This document shows positions 29,694-39,647 of a stretch of DNA of 64,000 nt, piece by piece. The stretch spans positions 650,502 to 714,501 of the forward strand of contig QWOQ01000005.1 of the NCBI GenBank assembly GCA_003669585.1, given 5' to 3'. This DNA comes from Planctomycetota bacterium (GTDB lineage: Bacteria > Planctomycetota > Planctomycetia > Pirellulales > UBA1268). Below the pieces are notes generated by a model. It was not told the origin of the DNA and made no database searches. It saw nothing but the letters and a program-made list of their open reading frames with translations. Each line of letters begins with the position of its first letter. Within the stretch, counting starts at the first letter, position 1. The position numbers and the translations under genes were made by a program.

Positions 29694-30596
29694 ATGACTC
29701 TTTTGGTTGTTGGTTCAGTGGCTCTTGACTGCGTCGAAACTCCAGTTGCCACAAGAGACAATGTGCTTGGTGGCTCCGCGGTTTTCTTTTCTTATGCAGC
29801 GAGCTTTTTTTCCCCGGTTCGCCTCATTGGGGCCGTCGGAGAGGATTGGCCTCTTGAGCATACGAAGATGCTTCAGGCAAAAGGAATCGACACATCAGGA
29901 CTTGAAACGATCAAAGGGGGTCGCACGTTTCGCTGGCGAGGCCGGTATCTGCCCAACATGAACGATCGTGAAACGCTCGAGGTTCATCTCAACGTACTTG
30001 AGCAATTCCAACCTGTTCTTCACGACACTCATCGCGACTGCAAGTTTCTTTTTCTTGGAAATGCGTCGCCGATTGTGCAGCTCAACGTTCTTGAGCAGGC
30101 GAAGGGTGCCGTCTTGACGGTCGCCGACACGATGGACCTTTGGATCAACATTCAGCGCGATGAACTCGGCCAACTTCTTCGCCGAATCGACGGATTGGTA
30201 CTCAATGACTCCGAGGCTAAGTTATTAGCAAACGATGAAAATCTGGTTCGTGCAGGACATGCGGTTCGCGCGATGGGTCCAAAGTTTGTTGTCATTAAGA
30301 AGGGGGAACACGGAGCCATGTTTTTTAGTGAACATGAAACGTACGTGATGCCTGCCTATCCCACCCCGACGGTGCTCGATCCCACCGGGGCAGGCGACAG
30401 CTTTGCCGGTGGCATGATGGGGCACTTGGCCGCAATCGACCGTTTTGATCAACAGGCCCTCAAGGAGGCGATCGCATACGGAATCGTTACTGCGAGCTTC
30501 ACCGTCGAAGATTTTAGTCTCGACCGACTTGAAAAACTCAATCGCCACGATCTTGATCGCCGCCTCGACGAATATCGAAGAATGTTGTTGTTTTAA
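29694..30596 (+). CDS. PfkB-family carbohydrate/nucleoside kinase
   Basis: It has the MTLLVVGSVALD N-terminus, the DPTGAGDSFAGG ATP/anion-hole motif, and a ribokinase-like length. The start is set to the internal ATG at 29694. Confidence 0.85.
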   Translation: MTLLVVGSVALDCVETPVATRDNVLGGSAVFFSYAASFFSPVRLIGAVGEDWPLEHTKMLQAKGIDTSGLETIKGGRTFRWRGRYLPNMNDRETLEVHLNVLEQFQPVLHDTHRDCKFLFLGNASPIVQLNVLEQAKGAVLTVADTMDLWINIQRDELGQLLRRIDGLVLNDSEAKLLANDENLVRAGHAVRAMGPKFVVIKKGEHGAMFFSEHETYVMPAYPTPTVLDPTGAGDSFAGGMMGHLAAIDRFDQQALKEAIAYGIVTASFTVEDFSLDRLEKLNRHDLDRRLDEYRRMLLF

Positions 30597-30753
30597 GGTT
30601 TCCAACGACTCTCCCTCCTCGAATCGTAATAGAAATCCCGTAAACGAGACGTTGTCAGACCATCAAACCCCACAGAAAACTGTTCGCCGATAGAATTCCC
30701 GGTGCCATTCCTTTTACAAAATAGAAAAAATCTTTTCAGGAAGAGGATTGGGC

Positions 30754-30782
30754 TTGCCGAAAACCTTCTCTCTACGTATACT
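30754..30782 (+). promoter_or_regulatory. sigma70-like promoter of recA (-35 TTGCCG, 17-nt spacer, -10 TATACT)
   Basis: I read the hexamers and spacing directly. The element lies about 120 nt upstream of the RBS-supported recA start and abuts the palindromic operator. Confidence 0.5.
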
Positions 30783-30795
30783 GAACACATGTTCA
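30782..30795 (+). promoter_or_regulatory. candidate LexA/SOS operator TGAACACATGTTCA upstream of recA
   Basis: The arms are perfectly palindromic (TGAAC-N4-GTTCA). The site is immediately downstream of the -10 hexamer. It differs from the imuA site only at one symmetric arm position. Confidence 0.55.
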
Positions 30796-30903
30796 CCATA
30801 CGCCTACGATTGCTGGTCTCGCTCGATTTATGGCAGCACACGCGTGCCGCCCCGACGCGACCCAACGACGGCGAATGTGAAAATTGAGAAGGAGACTGAG
30901 ATC

Positions 30904-32058
30904 ATGGTCATGACAGCTGGAGTCAACGGTCGAATGGCAAAAAAAGAAAAACTGGAGCGTCAGGCTGAAGCGAAACCCGCTCGGCGTGGCAAACAGGGCG
31001 CTTCATTCATGGAAAATCATCCTGAGTTGCGAAATACGCTGGCTCAAATTGAAAAACAGTTTGGTGAAGGATCGATTATGCCCTTGGGCACTGATGCTCA
31101 AACACAAATTGAGGGCATCTCCACTGGCAGCCTCTCTCTCGACTTGGCACTCGGCGGGAAGGGATTTCCACGCGGGCGAATCGTCGAAGTGTTCGGGCCA
31201 GAATCGAGTGGAAAAACAACTGTTGCACTCCACTCTGTTGCAAGTGCCCAACGTGCCGGAGGAGTTGCAGCGTTCATCGATGCTGAGCATGCCCTTGATC
31301 CAAGTTGGGCAAAAAAATTAGGCATTTCGCTCGAGTCTCTTCTCGTGAGCCAACCTTCAAGCGGAGAGGAAGCCATGCAAATCGCGGAAATGCTCATCAA
31401 GAGTAATTCCGTCGACATCATCGTCGTTGATTCAGTAGCAGCTCTCGTGCCCCAAAAGGAACTCGACGGAGAAATTGGAGACACATTTGTAGGTCTTCAA
31501 GCTCGATTGATGAGCCAGACTATGCGAAAACTCACCGGAGCCATTGCCAAGAGCAAGACGTGTGTGATTTTCATCAATCAGATCCGTGAAAAAATCGGCG
31601 TTATGTTCGGCAGTCCGGAAACGACACCTGGGGGGCGGGCTTTAAAGTTCTACTCATCCTGCCGAGTCGATGTTCGACGAATCGGTACCCTCAAAGATGG
31701 TGAGGATGTTGTTGGACAGCGGGTCCGCGTCAAAGTGGTTAAAAATAAGGTTGCTCCGCCATTTCGTGTGGCCGAATTCGACATGATGCATGCCGATGGA
31801 ATCAGCGTTGAAGGAGATGTCCTTGATTTGGCTGTCGCTTGTAAATTAATTGACAAAACAGGAACGTGGCTTCGGTATGGAGACGTTCACCTCGGCCAGG
31901 GGAGAGAAAAAGCCCGTCTGTTTCTTAAGGCAAATCGCGAACTCGTCAAAGAACTTCGCGAAAAAATCCTCAATTCTAAGGATGCCGTTGCCATTGCTGT
32001 TGAGGGAGCCGTAGTAGCAGATGGCGAAACAACGCCCACGCCAATCGATTCCGAGTAG
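30904..32058 (+). CDS. recA: recombinase RecA
   Basis: It has [17 protein letters not shown], the Walker [10 protein letters not shown], and [10 protein letters not shown]. The start is set to ATG 30904, with GAAGGAG 9 nt upstream. The longest ORF (30748) would contain its own promoter and operator. ATG 31009 (MENHPEL) is an alternative. Confidence 0.9.
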   Translation: MVMTAGVNGRMAKKEKLERQAEAKPARRGKQGASFMENHPELRNTLAQIEKQFGEGSIMPLGTDAQTQIEGISTGSLSLDLALGGKGFPRGRIVEVFGPESSGKTTVALHSVASAQRAGGVAAFIDAEHALDPSWAKKLGISLESLLVSQPSSGEEAMQIAEMLIKSNSVDIIVVDSVAALVPQKELDGEIGDTFVGLQARLMSQTMRKLTGAIAKSKTCVIFINQIREKIGVMFGSPETTPGGRALKFYSSCRVDVRRIGTLKDGEDVVGQRVRVKVVKNKVAPPFRVAEFDMMHADGISVEGDVLDLAVACKLIDKTGTWLRYGDVHLGQGREKARLFLKANRELVKELREKILNSKDAVAIAVEGAVVADGETTPTPIDSE

Positions 32059-32197
32059 GCATCCACAAGCGTGGCTCTGCTTGGTCATAGATGTGTCATG
32101 TGACTTGTGTTCATGCAACTCTGGCTTGAAAGTCTTTCATACACTTTTATGAAATGACTTGCTTTCTAGGTTTGACTCGATTGTGGATCGATTCTCA

Positions 32198-32240
32198 CCC
32201 CGCAGATCGCCTCAAAAACGCTCTGCGGGGTTTTGTTTTT
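32198..32240 (+). terminator. intrinsic terminator downstream of recA
   Basis: It has a 9-bp GC-rich stem, CCCCGCAGA / TCTGCGGGG, a 15-nt loop, and then TTTTGTTTTT. It lies about 140 nt after the recA stop. Confidence 0.7.
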
Positions 32241-32517
32241 CTAATTTTCTGATCTTTTGATCTATGACAAAAATGATCGACGGACAAAGTTGGCTGATTT
32301 TTTCTAATTCGAAATCCTATTGAAGCGGCATACCGTGTCGGACAGAACTCGACTGCGGACAATGAACTGAGACGTTTTTCCTCTCCTCGCATATCAGACT
32401 GCAAGTAAAAAGTCTGTCTGGGTATGATGCCGTCCTGCCTCAATTGAGAGGATGGATCAACCGTGCTTGAAAATCGATTCACCGATACTGGCACAGCACA
32501 CTTTTGGAGAGTCTTTG

Positions 32518-35157
32518 ATGAAGGCTGATGAATTGCGAGAGGCGTATCTTTCCTTCTATGAATCGAAGGGCTGCGTTCGACGTCCAAGTGACGTTTTGGT
32601 TCCTCGTTGGGATCCCTCTGTACTTTTTACACCAGCGGGAATGAATCAGTTTAAAGACCACTTTCTCGGGAAGTGTAAACTCGATTTTACTCGAGCGACT
32701 ACTTGTCAAAAATGCCTTCGTACGGGTGACATTGATAACGTTGGACGAACCGCTCGTCATCACACCTTTTTTGAGATGCTCGGCAACTTCAGCTTTGGCG
32801 ATTACTTTAAACAAGAGGCAATTGAATGGGCGTGGGAGTTTCTCACCAGCAAGTCTTGGCTTTGCATCGCACCGGAAAAACTTTCTGTCACCGTCTATGA
32901 ACAAGACGACGAGGCCTACACGCTCTGGTCGGATCGCATCGGAGTTCCCGCATCGCGTATCACACGAATGGGCGAGGACGACAATTTCTGGCCTGCAAGT
33001 GCTCCGAGCCAAGGCCCCGATGGTGTCTGTGGACCATGCAGCGAGATTTTCTATTTAATGCCTGATGGCAGCAACGTTGAGATTTGGAATCTCGTTTTTA
33101 CGCAGTTCAACCGAGTTGGAAATTCTTCCGATAATCTCCGGCCGCTCCCGAGTCGCAATATTGACACCGGCATGGGTTTAGAACGCACCTGTGCAATGCT
33201 CCAGGGAGTCGACAGCAATTTTCACATCGATATTCTTCGACCTATTGTCGAGGCCGTAGCCGAAGTCTGTTCAAAACGATACGACCCTGCAAGTGATGAT
33301 GGCCGACGTATGCGGCGAATTGCAGATCACATCCGGGCCTGCACTTTTGCGATTCATGAAAATGTTTTGCCCGGAAACAATGAAGAAAAATATATTGTCA
33401 AACGACTTCTGCGACGCGCCGTTCTTGACGGCCGACAAATGGGCATGAAGGAAGCGTTTCTCCACCGCTTGCCTCCTATTGTTGCCGACATGATGCAAAA
33501 GCCGTATCCAGAACTTCGTGAAAGTGTCGAACGGGTTGGTATGGTGATCCGTCGGGAAGAAGAGTCGTTCTTTGCAACCATTGACAGTGGACTAGAACGT
33601 ATTGAATTGCTTTTTAATTCAATCCAAACCAGCGGTGCCGGCTTGGTTGGCGGACACGAAGCCGCTGAACTCTATACGACCCATGGATTTCCTCCAGAAC
33701 TTCTCGAAACACTGGCATCGGAACGGAATTGCGCCTTTGATTGGAAAGGATTTCGCGACGCCATGGCTGCGCATGGTGAACGTTCTGGTGCGGGAACCCG
33801 CGCCTTCGTTTTTTCATCGGGGCCACTCGATGCACTGAAGAAGGCGATGCATGGCTCACACTTTTTAGGATATGAAACGCTCGACTCCAAAGGTCGAGTC
33901 GTAGGTATCATTGCTCAGGATCAACTCTGTGAAAGCCTCGATGACATCGGATGCGTTGAACCTGTGACCCTTGTTCTTGATCAAACATCGTTTTACGGCG
34001 AAAGCGGAGGGCAAGTAGGGGACACTGGTTGGCTTGAGGGAACCGCCAGCCGATTCGAAGTAGTGGACACTCAACGTGAGGGTGGATTTATGCTGCATCG
34101 AGGTCATCTGCGAAATGGTCGCATTGCACTCGGTGACAATGTTCTTACCAAAGTCGACACAGAACGTCGGGCAGGCATTCAACGCGCGCATTCGGCCACG
34201 CATCTCCTTCATGCATCACTTCAAAAACATCTTGGTCCCCATGCGGTCCAACAGGGCTCAAAGGTCGACGCAGACTGGTTGCGATTTGATTTTTCTCATC
34301 CTTTATCGATCGATCAAGAACTGCTCGATCGAATCGAAACCACCGTCAATTCAAGTACTCTGGAAGCCTTACCAATTTCCTCGCGATTACTTCCACTCGG
34401 TGACGCTCGGCATGAAGGTGCCATGATGCTTTTTGGAGAGAAGTATCCCGATGTCGTCCGCATGGTGAGCATGGGGAACGTTAGTCGCGAACTCTGCGGT
34501 GGCACGCACGCCAGCAATACCGGTCAGATTGGTCTGGTCAAAATCATCGGAGAGGAAAGTGTTTCAGCTGGAACTCGTCGAATCACTGCTCTTACCGGCC
34601 TGCGTGCGCTGACTGCGTTTACAGAAGCTCAACGGCTACTTTCTGAATCGGCAGCCACCCTGCGAGTACCTATTTCGGGGATTCCCAGTCGTCTTGCTTT
34701 TATGCTCAAGGAACTCAAGGATCTGAAGAAGACGAAAACCTCTGGTCAGACTGGCACAAGCGTGGATGAGCTTCTCGCATCGTCCATCGACATTGATGGA
34801 ACGCGGGTTGTGGTTGCTGATGCACACGATTGCGATGCCGCAGCGATGAGGCAACTCATCGATCTATTACGTCGAAAAGCCAGTCCAATCGCTGTATTGC
34901 TTGGTGGAATCCAAGGCGACAAGGTCACTCTTGTTGCGGGGATCAGTCGTGAACTCGAAGAGCGGGGCCTCTCGGCTGGAACATGGATCCGAGATGTTGC
35001 ATCAATCGTTGGCGGAAAAGGAGGAGGCCGCGCTGATCTCGCGCAGGCAGGTGGTAAGTTTGTTGACAAGTTGCCTGACGCACTTGCCGCAGCCCGCCTG
35101 GGAGTCGAAGAACAACTGAGGACTTCTATTCAACCACCGTCACAACACTCAGCCTGA
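32518..35157 (+). CDS. alaS: alanine--tRNA ligase
   Basis: It has MKADELREAYLSFYESKGC, FTPAGMNQFK, the editing-domain HSATHLLH, and C-terminal DHHA1-like GGKGGGRADLAQAGG. The start is set to the internal ATG at 32518. Confidence 0.9.
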   Translation: MKADELREAYLSFYESKGCVRRPSDVLVPRWDPSVLFTPAGMNQFKDHFLGKCKLDFTRATTCQKCLRTGDIDNVGRTARHHTFFEMLGNFSFGDYFKQEAIEWAWEFLTSKSWLCIAPEKLSVTVYEQDDEAYTLWSDRIGVPASRITRMGEDDNFWPASAPSQGPDGVCGPCSEIFYLMPDGSNVEIWNLVFTQFNRVGNSSDNLRPLPSRNIDTGMGLERTCAMLQGVDSNFHIDILRPIVEAVAEVCSKRYDPASDDGRRMRRIADHIRACTFAIHENVLPGNNEEKYIVKRLLRRAVLDGRQMGMKEAFLHRLPPIVADMMQKPYPELRESVERVGMVIRREEESFFATIDSGLERIELLFNSIQTSGAGLVGGHEAAELYTTHGFPPELLETLASERNCAFDWKGFRDAMAAHGERSGAGTRAFVFSSGPLDALKKAMHGSHFLGYETLDSKGRVVGIIAQDQLCESLDDIGCVEPVTLVLDQTSFYGESGGQVGDTGWLEGTASRFEVVDTQREGGFMLHRGHLRNGRIALGDNVLTKVDTERRAGIQRAHSATHLLHASLQKHLGPHAVQQGSKVDADWLRFDFSHPLSIDQELLDRIETTVNSSTLEALPISSRLLPLGDARHEGAMMLFGEKYPDVVRMVSMGNVSRELCGGTHASNTGQIGLVKIIGEESVSAGTRRITALTGLRALTAFTEAQRLLSESAATLRVPISGIPSRLAFMLKELKDLKKTKTSGQTGTSVDELLASSIDIDGTRVVVADAHDCDAAAMRQLIDLLRRKASPIAVLLGGIQGDKVTLVAGISRELEERGLSAGTWIRDVASIVGGKGGGRADLAQAGGKFVDKLPDALAAARLGVEEQLRTSIQPPSQHSA

Positions 35158-35177
35158 CTGTAATAGATTGAAACGAC

Positions 35178-35699
35178 TCAAGTGGCGGCTTCCAGAGCCG
35201 ACAACGCCGCATCGTAATCTGGCTCGTGAGCAACCTCTGTGACAACCTGTTCGTAGAGAATAGTTCCTTTCGAATCGAGCACGTAGACCGCTCGTGCGAG
35301 AATTTTTAATTCATCAATTAAAAGACCCCAATCCCGTCCAAACTTTCGGTCCATATAATCACTGCCAACACGCATTGTTTCGATTTTTTCGGCTCCACAA
35401 AAACGATTCATTGCAAATGGAAGATCGAGGCTCACCGTTATGGAACGAATGCGATCTCCCATTGAGGCAACCCGCTCGTTGAATTTCTTTGTCTGTATCT
35501 GACAGACAGGCGTATCAAGCGATGGCACAACGCTGATCAATGCCGGCTTGCCAGCCAAATCTGTCTTACGAATGTGTTGCATTCCGCTACTCTCGTAGGC
35601 AACGAGATCAAAGTCTGGAGCAGAATTTCCAACCGTAAGAGCCTTCCCTACGAGCGTCAGAGGATTTCCTTTGAATGTTACTGCTCCATGCCTATCCAT
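35178..35699 (-). CDS. tpx: thiol peroxidase (atypical 2-Cys peroxiredoxin)
   Basis: It has VTFKGNPLTLVG, SVVPSLDTPVCQ (peroxidatic Cys) and FCGAE. The start is set to the internal Met at 35699. Confidence 0.9.
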   Translation of the reverse strand: MDRHGAVTFKGNPLTLVGKALTVGNSAPDFDLVAYESSGMQHIRKTDLAGKPALISVVPSLDTPVCQIQTKKFNERVASMGDRIRSITVSLDLPFAMNRFCGAEKIETMRVGSDYMDRKFGRDWGLLIDELKILARAVYVLDSKGTILYEQVVTEVAHEPDYDAALSALEAAT

Positions 35700-36183
35700 A
35701 AACTTTTCCTCTTCTTTTTTTCCCGTTGTGGTGCTCTGAGATACCCAGAGTTCGACTGTCCTTAAAATCAATCACACTCCAAGTATGCCGATACAAAATC
35801 AACTGACAAGTCGACAGTCACTCCAAGGCCTGCGCACATCTCTTATTGTTCCACTCATCGATTTCGAGGCGGCACAAAAACTCATCCTCAAACAAACCCC
35901 ATCTCAAGGGTAAAGCCATCACTATTTCCTTCTGAACGCCACGCATTCAATGGAAAGATTTCCATAAATCGTCAGTTTCTAGGCCTCTCTCTAGAAAAAA
36001 CTGTTCTTGCTTGAGATTTCCAAATTCTTACGATGGGTACCCAAGGGAATGGGTCCCCCGGCAAATTTGATCGACATGTCATAGGGGGTATCGACGGCGG
36101 CAAACAATTGTTTGCCTTCCTTGGTTCATGGTGTGGTTCAGTCACGCTTTTTTCTCGCAGAGTCATCACCGGGAGAAATTCTC

Positions 36184-36555
36184 ATGCACAAGCACTTTCG
36201 ACTTCAGGAATGGGGTTGCCGCGTGGAACGTGGACCCGACTGGGTCTTTGTTCGTCTTGAATCGAGTCGTTCACAGCTCGACCGAGAGATCTCACGGCCT
36301 CTTGCTGATCACGTTTGGGGAATTTTAAAGATTCATCTCACCAGTCGCGTCGTAATCGAACTGCACGATGTGAATACGATTGACGACACGCTCGTCGATG
36401 AACTCTGTTCGCTTGAACAGAGAGTGCAGAACGATGGCGGGTTGATGCGAATCTGTGGTCTTACACCTCAGAATCTGTCAAAACTTCGCAGCTATGACGA
36501 AATTGATCACGTTCCTCATTTTAACAGTCGCAATGCCGCGATTGGTACAGAGTGA
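36184..36555 (+). CDS. STAS-domain protein (anti-sigma-factor-antagonist-like)
   Basis: It is about 120 aa with a STAS-like pattern (VVIELHDVNTIDDTLVDELCSL ... LMRICGLTPQNLSKLR). The start is set to ATG 36184. Confidence 0.65.
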   Translation: MHKHFRLQEWGCRVERGPDWVFVRLESSRSQLDREISRPLADHVWGILKIHLTSRVVIELHDVNTIDDTLVDELCSLEQRVQNDGGLMRICGLTPQNLSKLRSYDEIDHVPHFNSRNAAIGTE

Positions 36556-36697
36556 TGACATTGAATTTCAATTTATTCCATGTGCAACTCTTGTATTGAT
36601 CGTTGGCGTGGTGATAGACATGAAGAACGTTGTGTTGAAGACGTTTGACTATTGTGTGTCACGTGAGAACTGATGCCGATTCAGGACTTTCAATATT

Positions 36698-36880
36698 ATG
36701 GTTATGGTCGGGAGAGTGATTCAGCGTATCGGCCTAACCGTTCCACTCCTTGCCATTGTGCTTCAACTAGGAAATCGCATCTCGCTTCTTCAGATGCTCG
36801 TCATACTCGTTGCGTCGGTTTGCATTTTCTGGATCGGACACATTCTCGAAGGACTTGGACGTCGTCCTCGCATTGATTAG
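36698..36880 (+). CDS. small two-helix membrane protein (hypothetical)
   Basis: The 60-aa ORF has two hydrophobic segments (IGLTVPLLAIVLQL, LQMLVILVASVCIFWIGHIL). It ends 13 nt before the probable isomerase start. I have no homology evidence. Confidence 0.35.
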   Translation: MVMVGRVIQRIGLTVPLLAIVLQLGNRISLLQMLVILVASVCIFWIGHILEGLGRRPRID

Positions 36881-36893
36881 GATTTTTTCTCTC

Positions 36894-37856
36894 GTGCTCT
36901 ACCCACTGCAATTCAATCCGATCTATCGACAGTATCTTTGGGGAGGTCGCCGGTTTGAGTCTGCGTTTGGAAGAATGCTTCCTCCGGGAGATCGCTTTGC
37001 CGAATCGTGGGAACTTGTCGATCACGGAGCTGATCAGAGTGTGGTGGCACACGGACCACTTCGAGGCACAACGCTCCACGATCTTGTTCTTTTCCATGCG
37101 CAGGAACTTTTGGGAATACATGCTTCGCAGTCATATTTTCCAATTTTATTCAAATTTCTTGACGCCGCCTGTACGCTTTCAGTACAGGTGCATCCAGACG
37201 ACGCAAGGGCTGCCCGTCTTTCTCCACCCGACCTTGGAAAGACAGAGGCGTGGGTCGTTCTGGAGACGAATCCCGGCAGCCTGATCTATGCAGGGCTTCG
37301 GGATGGAGTTGATCGAGAGGCACTTTCAGACTCGCTTCGTCGGGGTGAATGCGATCAAGTGCTCCATGCAATCGAACCGAAAATCGGTGACTGTATTTTT
37401 ATTCCGGCCGGAACCGTCCATGCCATCGGCGAAGGTCTTTTGGTGGCAGAAATCCAACAAGCCAGCGACACAACCTACCGACTGCATGATTGGAACCGAG
37501 TCGGTCCGGATGGAAAATCTCGACCACTTCATATTGATTCTGGAATTGAAGCTGTAACACAGTTTGGTCCGGTTCATAAAACTCAAGGCCATACCACTGA
37601 TGATGCATCCGTTCAGCGTCTCGTTGAGAGCGATTACTTCATTCTTGATACAGTGCGTCCTGCAGCCTCATGGAGAGTAGGGGGGGATCATCGGTGCCAC
37701 TTTCTTGTTGTTCTTGAAGGTCAATGCTGTTTTGATCCGCAGTGGGATATTGCATCGATGGTGCGAGGTGACTGCATTCTCATTCCCGCATGTCTTGATA
37801 CTCAGTATCTGCATTGTGAGAATCCAACAACGTTGCTGCGAGTGATGCTGCCGTGA
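36894..37856 (+). CDS. type I phosphomannose isomerase (mannose-6-phosphate isomerase)
   Basis: It has (M)LYPLQFNPIYRQYLWGG, SVQVHPDD, KTEAWVVL and GTVHAIGEGLLVAEIQQASDTTYRLHDW. The start is set to GTG 36894 to give the canonical N-terminus. Confidence 0.8.
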   Translation: MLYPLQFNPIYRQYLWGGRRFESAFGRMLPPGDRFAESWELVDHGADQSVVAHGPLRGTTLHDLVLFHAQELLGIHASQSYFPILFKFLDAACTLSVQVHPDDARAARLSPPDLGKTEAWVVLETNPGSLIYAGLRDGVDREALSDSLRRGECDQVLHAIEPKIGDCIFIPAGTVHAIGEGLLVAEIQQASDTTYRLHDWNRVGPDGKSRPLHIDSGIEAVTQFGPVHKTQGHTTDDASVQRLVESDYFILDTVRPAASWRVGGDHRCHFLVVLEGQCCFDPQWDIASMVRGDCILIPACLDTQYLHCENPTTLLRVMLP

Positions 37857-37900
37857 GTGATGCTGCCGTGAGTGATGCTGCCGTGAGTGATGCTGCCGTT
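37841..37900. repeat. 15-bp tandem repeat AGTGATGCTGCCGTG x4, spanning the isomerase stop codon
   Basis: Read directly: there are four head-to-tail copies, and the last ends in T instead of G. Each unit carries ...CTG CCG TGA in the isomerase frame. Confidence 0.95.
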
Positions 37901-38082
37901 CTATTGGGTTCCTCAATGTGACAATTTGGCATTCACTCGTTATTTTCCCCAATGAAATTCCACTTGGGAAATTGCTCATCCGGACCTATTCTCCGCTTTT
38001 GCGAACCATTCCTCCTCTTCACTTTTTTGATTGGTTCGCTATCGCATGGGGATTGTGATAGCAATCGGAGTTCTTCCACAAC

Positions 38083-38352
38083 ATGCACACGTATTCTTTT
38101 CAACGCGTTCCAGTCTGGTTCTGCAAAGCAGTGCTGATGACATTTTGTATCGGGGGAAGTGGATGCGCGGCGCTTACTGGACCTGATTGGTCGGATCCTG
38201 GTCCCATTCAGACTCAAAAACGAAGAGCGATACGATTTGATCCCTATCTTGAAAATGACATCGGTCCTCCAATTGATGGAGGGCGCCCTCGTGATTATTT
38301 AGCACCTATTCCGCAGGTGGAACGAGCACGATGGTGGGCACCCATCCGCTAG
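38083..38352 (+). CDS. small putative lipoprotein (hypothetical)
   Basis: The 89-aa protein has a hydrophobic N-terminus ending in GGSGC and a Pro/Asp-rich mature part. I have no family assignment. Confidence 0.4.
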   Translation: MHTYSFQRVPVWFCKAVLMTFCIGGSGCAALTGPDWSDPGPIQTQKRRAIRFDPYLENDIGPPIDGGRPRDYLAPIPQVERARWWAPIR

Positions 38353-38506
38353 AAAACCAAAGGGTTTCCTTCAAAAATGCCCCTCTTTTGCTGATTGTTG
38401 CCCTGCTTGGGAAGTCCCGCGACCAACCGGAGCAAAGCCGGTTAGAATGTTTAATCGTTCCCCGCGCGGGGAGCTTTCCACACAAGCGACTTAGGCATCC
38501 ACATCC

Positions 38507-39556
38507 GTGCAAGAATCTTCTTCTCATCACTCGCGATTTACTTCTCGCAGACGTCCTGAAAAAACCGTTACACCTTCATCTTCTGTAAAACCCGCTCTGC
38601 GAACAAAGGCTATTCCCTCTCAGGTTGAGGCCTTACCTCGTTTACAGAAAGTACTTGCCTCAGCGGGGCTCGGAAGTCGTCGCAACTGTGAAACCTTGAT
38701 TACCACAGGGCGAGTCGAGGTAGATCGTCGTGTGATTACTGAACTTGGAACTCGCGTTGATCCTCACAAACAGGAGGTTCGAATCGATGGAGAACGTCTT
38801 CCCGATCCCAAACGTGTTGTTTACATGCTTCACAAGCCGGTCGGTGTGGTAACGACTAATTTTGATCCTTCTGGAAGACCACGTGTATTTGATCTTGTTC
38901 CAGTTGATCATCGATTGTTTGCCATCGGTCGACTTGATCGCATGAGTGAAGGACTTATTCTTCTGACCAACGATGGTGATCTTGCCAATCACTTGGCTCA
39001 TCCTCGTTATGGCGTTGAAAAGCGATACATGGTTCAAGTGGCAGGCGTGCCGACCCCTGAAATTCTTGATCGACTTCGACGCGGTATCGACCTCGCAGAA
39101 GGTGTTGCCCATGCGAGACGAGTCGATCTTCGGTCATCGCATAAGCTGAGTTCCGTTTTAGAGATGGTGCTCGATGAAGGTAAGAATCGTGAAATTCGCC
39201 GAATGCTTGCGCACTTGGGCCATAAAGTACATCAACTCAAACGTGTTGCTGTTGGCTCGTTGAGTCTTGGATCATTACTTCCCGGTCAATGGCGACCTCT
39301 CACATGGCAGGAGATCGAGTCCTTACGGGCATCGTCAGGCCCGGTTGATAGCAAACTCGCTCAGCGATCCTCTCGTCCACAGGTAGTCCGTCGACCACGA
39401 GAAAACCGTGGGGCAACACGACCCTTTACTCGAGAAACTACGTCTTCGGGCAGAACTCCATCCCCCCGAACAGGAACAGGCCGATCATCCCAGCGACGAG
39501 TTTCTAAGAAGCCAGGAAAAGCTTCTTCCTGGAGAAAACCTCGCAGCACCTCCTGA
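38507..39556 (+). CDS. rluB: 23S rRNA pseudouridine synthase, RluB/RsuA family, with an S4 domain and a basic C-terminal tail
   Basis: It has the S4 domain RLQKVLASAGLGSRRNCETLITTGRVEVD and the catalytic GRLDRMSEGLILLTNDG with KRY. The C-terminus is Arg/Ser-rich. Confidence 0.85.
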   Translation: MQESSSHHSRFTSRRRPEKTVTPSSSVKPALRTKAIPSQVEALPRLQKVLASAGLGSRRNCETLITTGRVEVDRRVITELGTRVDPHKQEVRIDGERLPDPKRVVYMLHKPVGVVTTNFDPSGRPRVFDLVPVDHRLFAIGRLDRMSEGLILLTNDGDLANHLAHPRYGVEKRYMVQVAGVPTPEILDRLRRGIDLAEGVAHARRVDLRSSHKLSSVLEMVLDEGKNREIRRMLAHLGHKVHQLKRVAVGSLSLGSLLPGQWRPLTWQEIESLRASSGPVDSKLAQRSSRPQVVRRPRENRGATRPFTRETTSSGRTPSPRTGTGRSSQRRVSKKPGKASSWRKPRSTS

Positions 39557-39647
39557 CCCTTTTTGATCCTGCGTATTGCTTTGCAAGTCGGCCGTATCAA
39601 ACGATATTGACGACTCGGTGCATCGATCCATCCGACTGCGATCCATT

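Noticed and set aside
32195-32587. A minus-strand 130-aa ORF between recA and alaS, considered as a possible recX.
   Set aside because: It has no RecX-like sequence, it overlaps the alaS start, and it contains the recA terminator hairpin.
37668-37979. A minus-strand 103-aa ORF with an (RQHHS)x4 repeat.
   Set aside because: The repeat is simply the reverse translation of the 15-bp tandem repeat. There is no RBS or other coding support.
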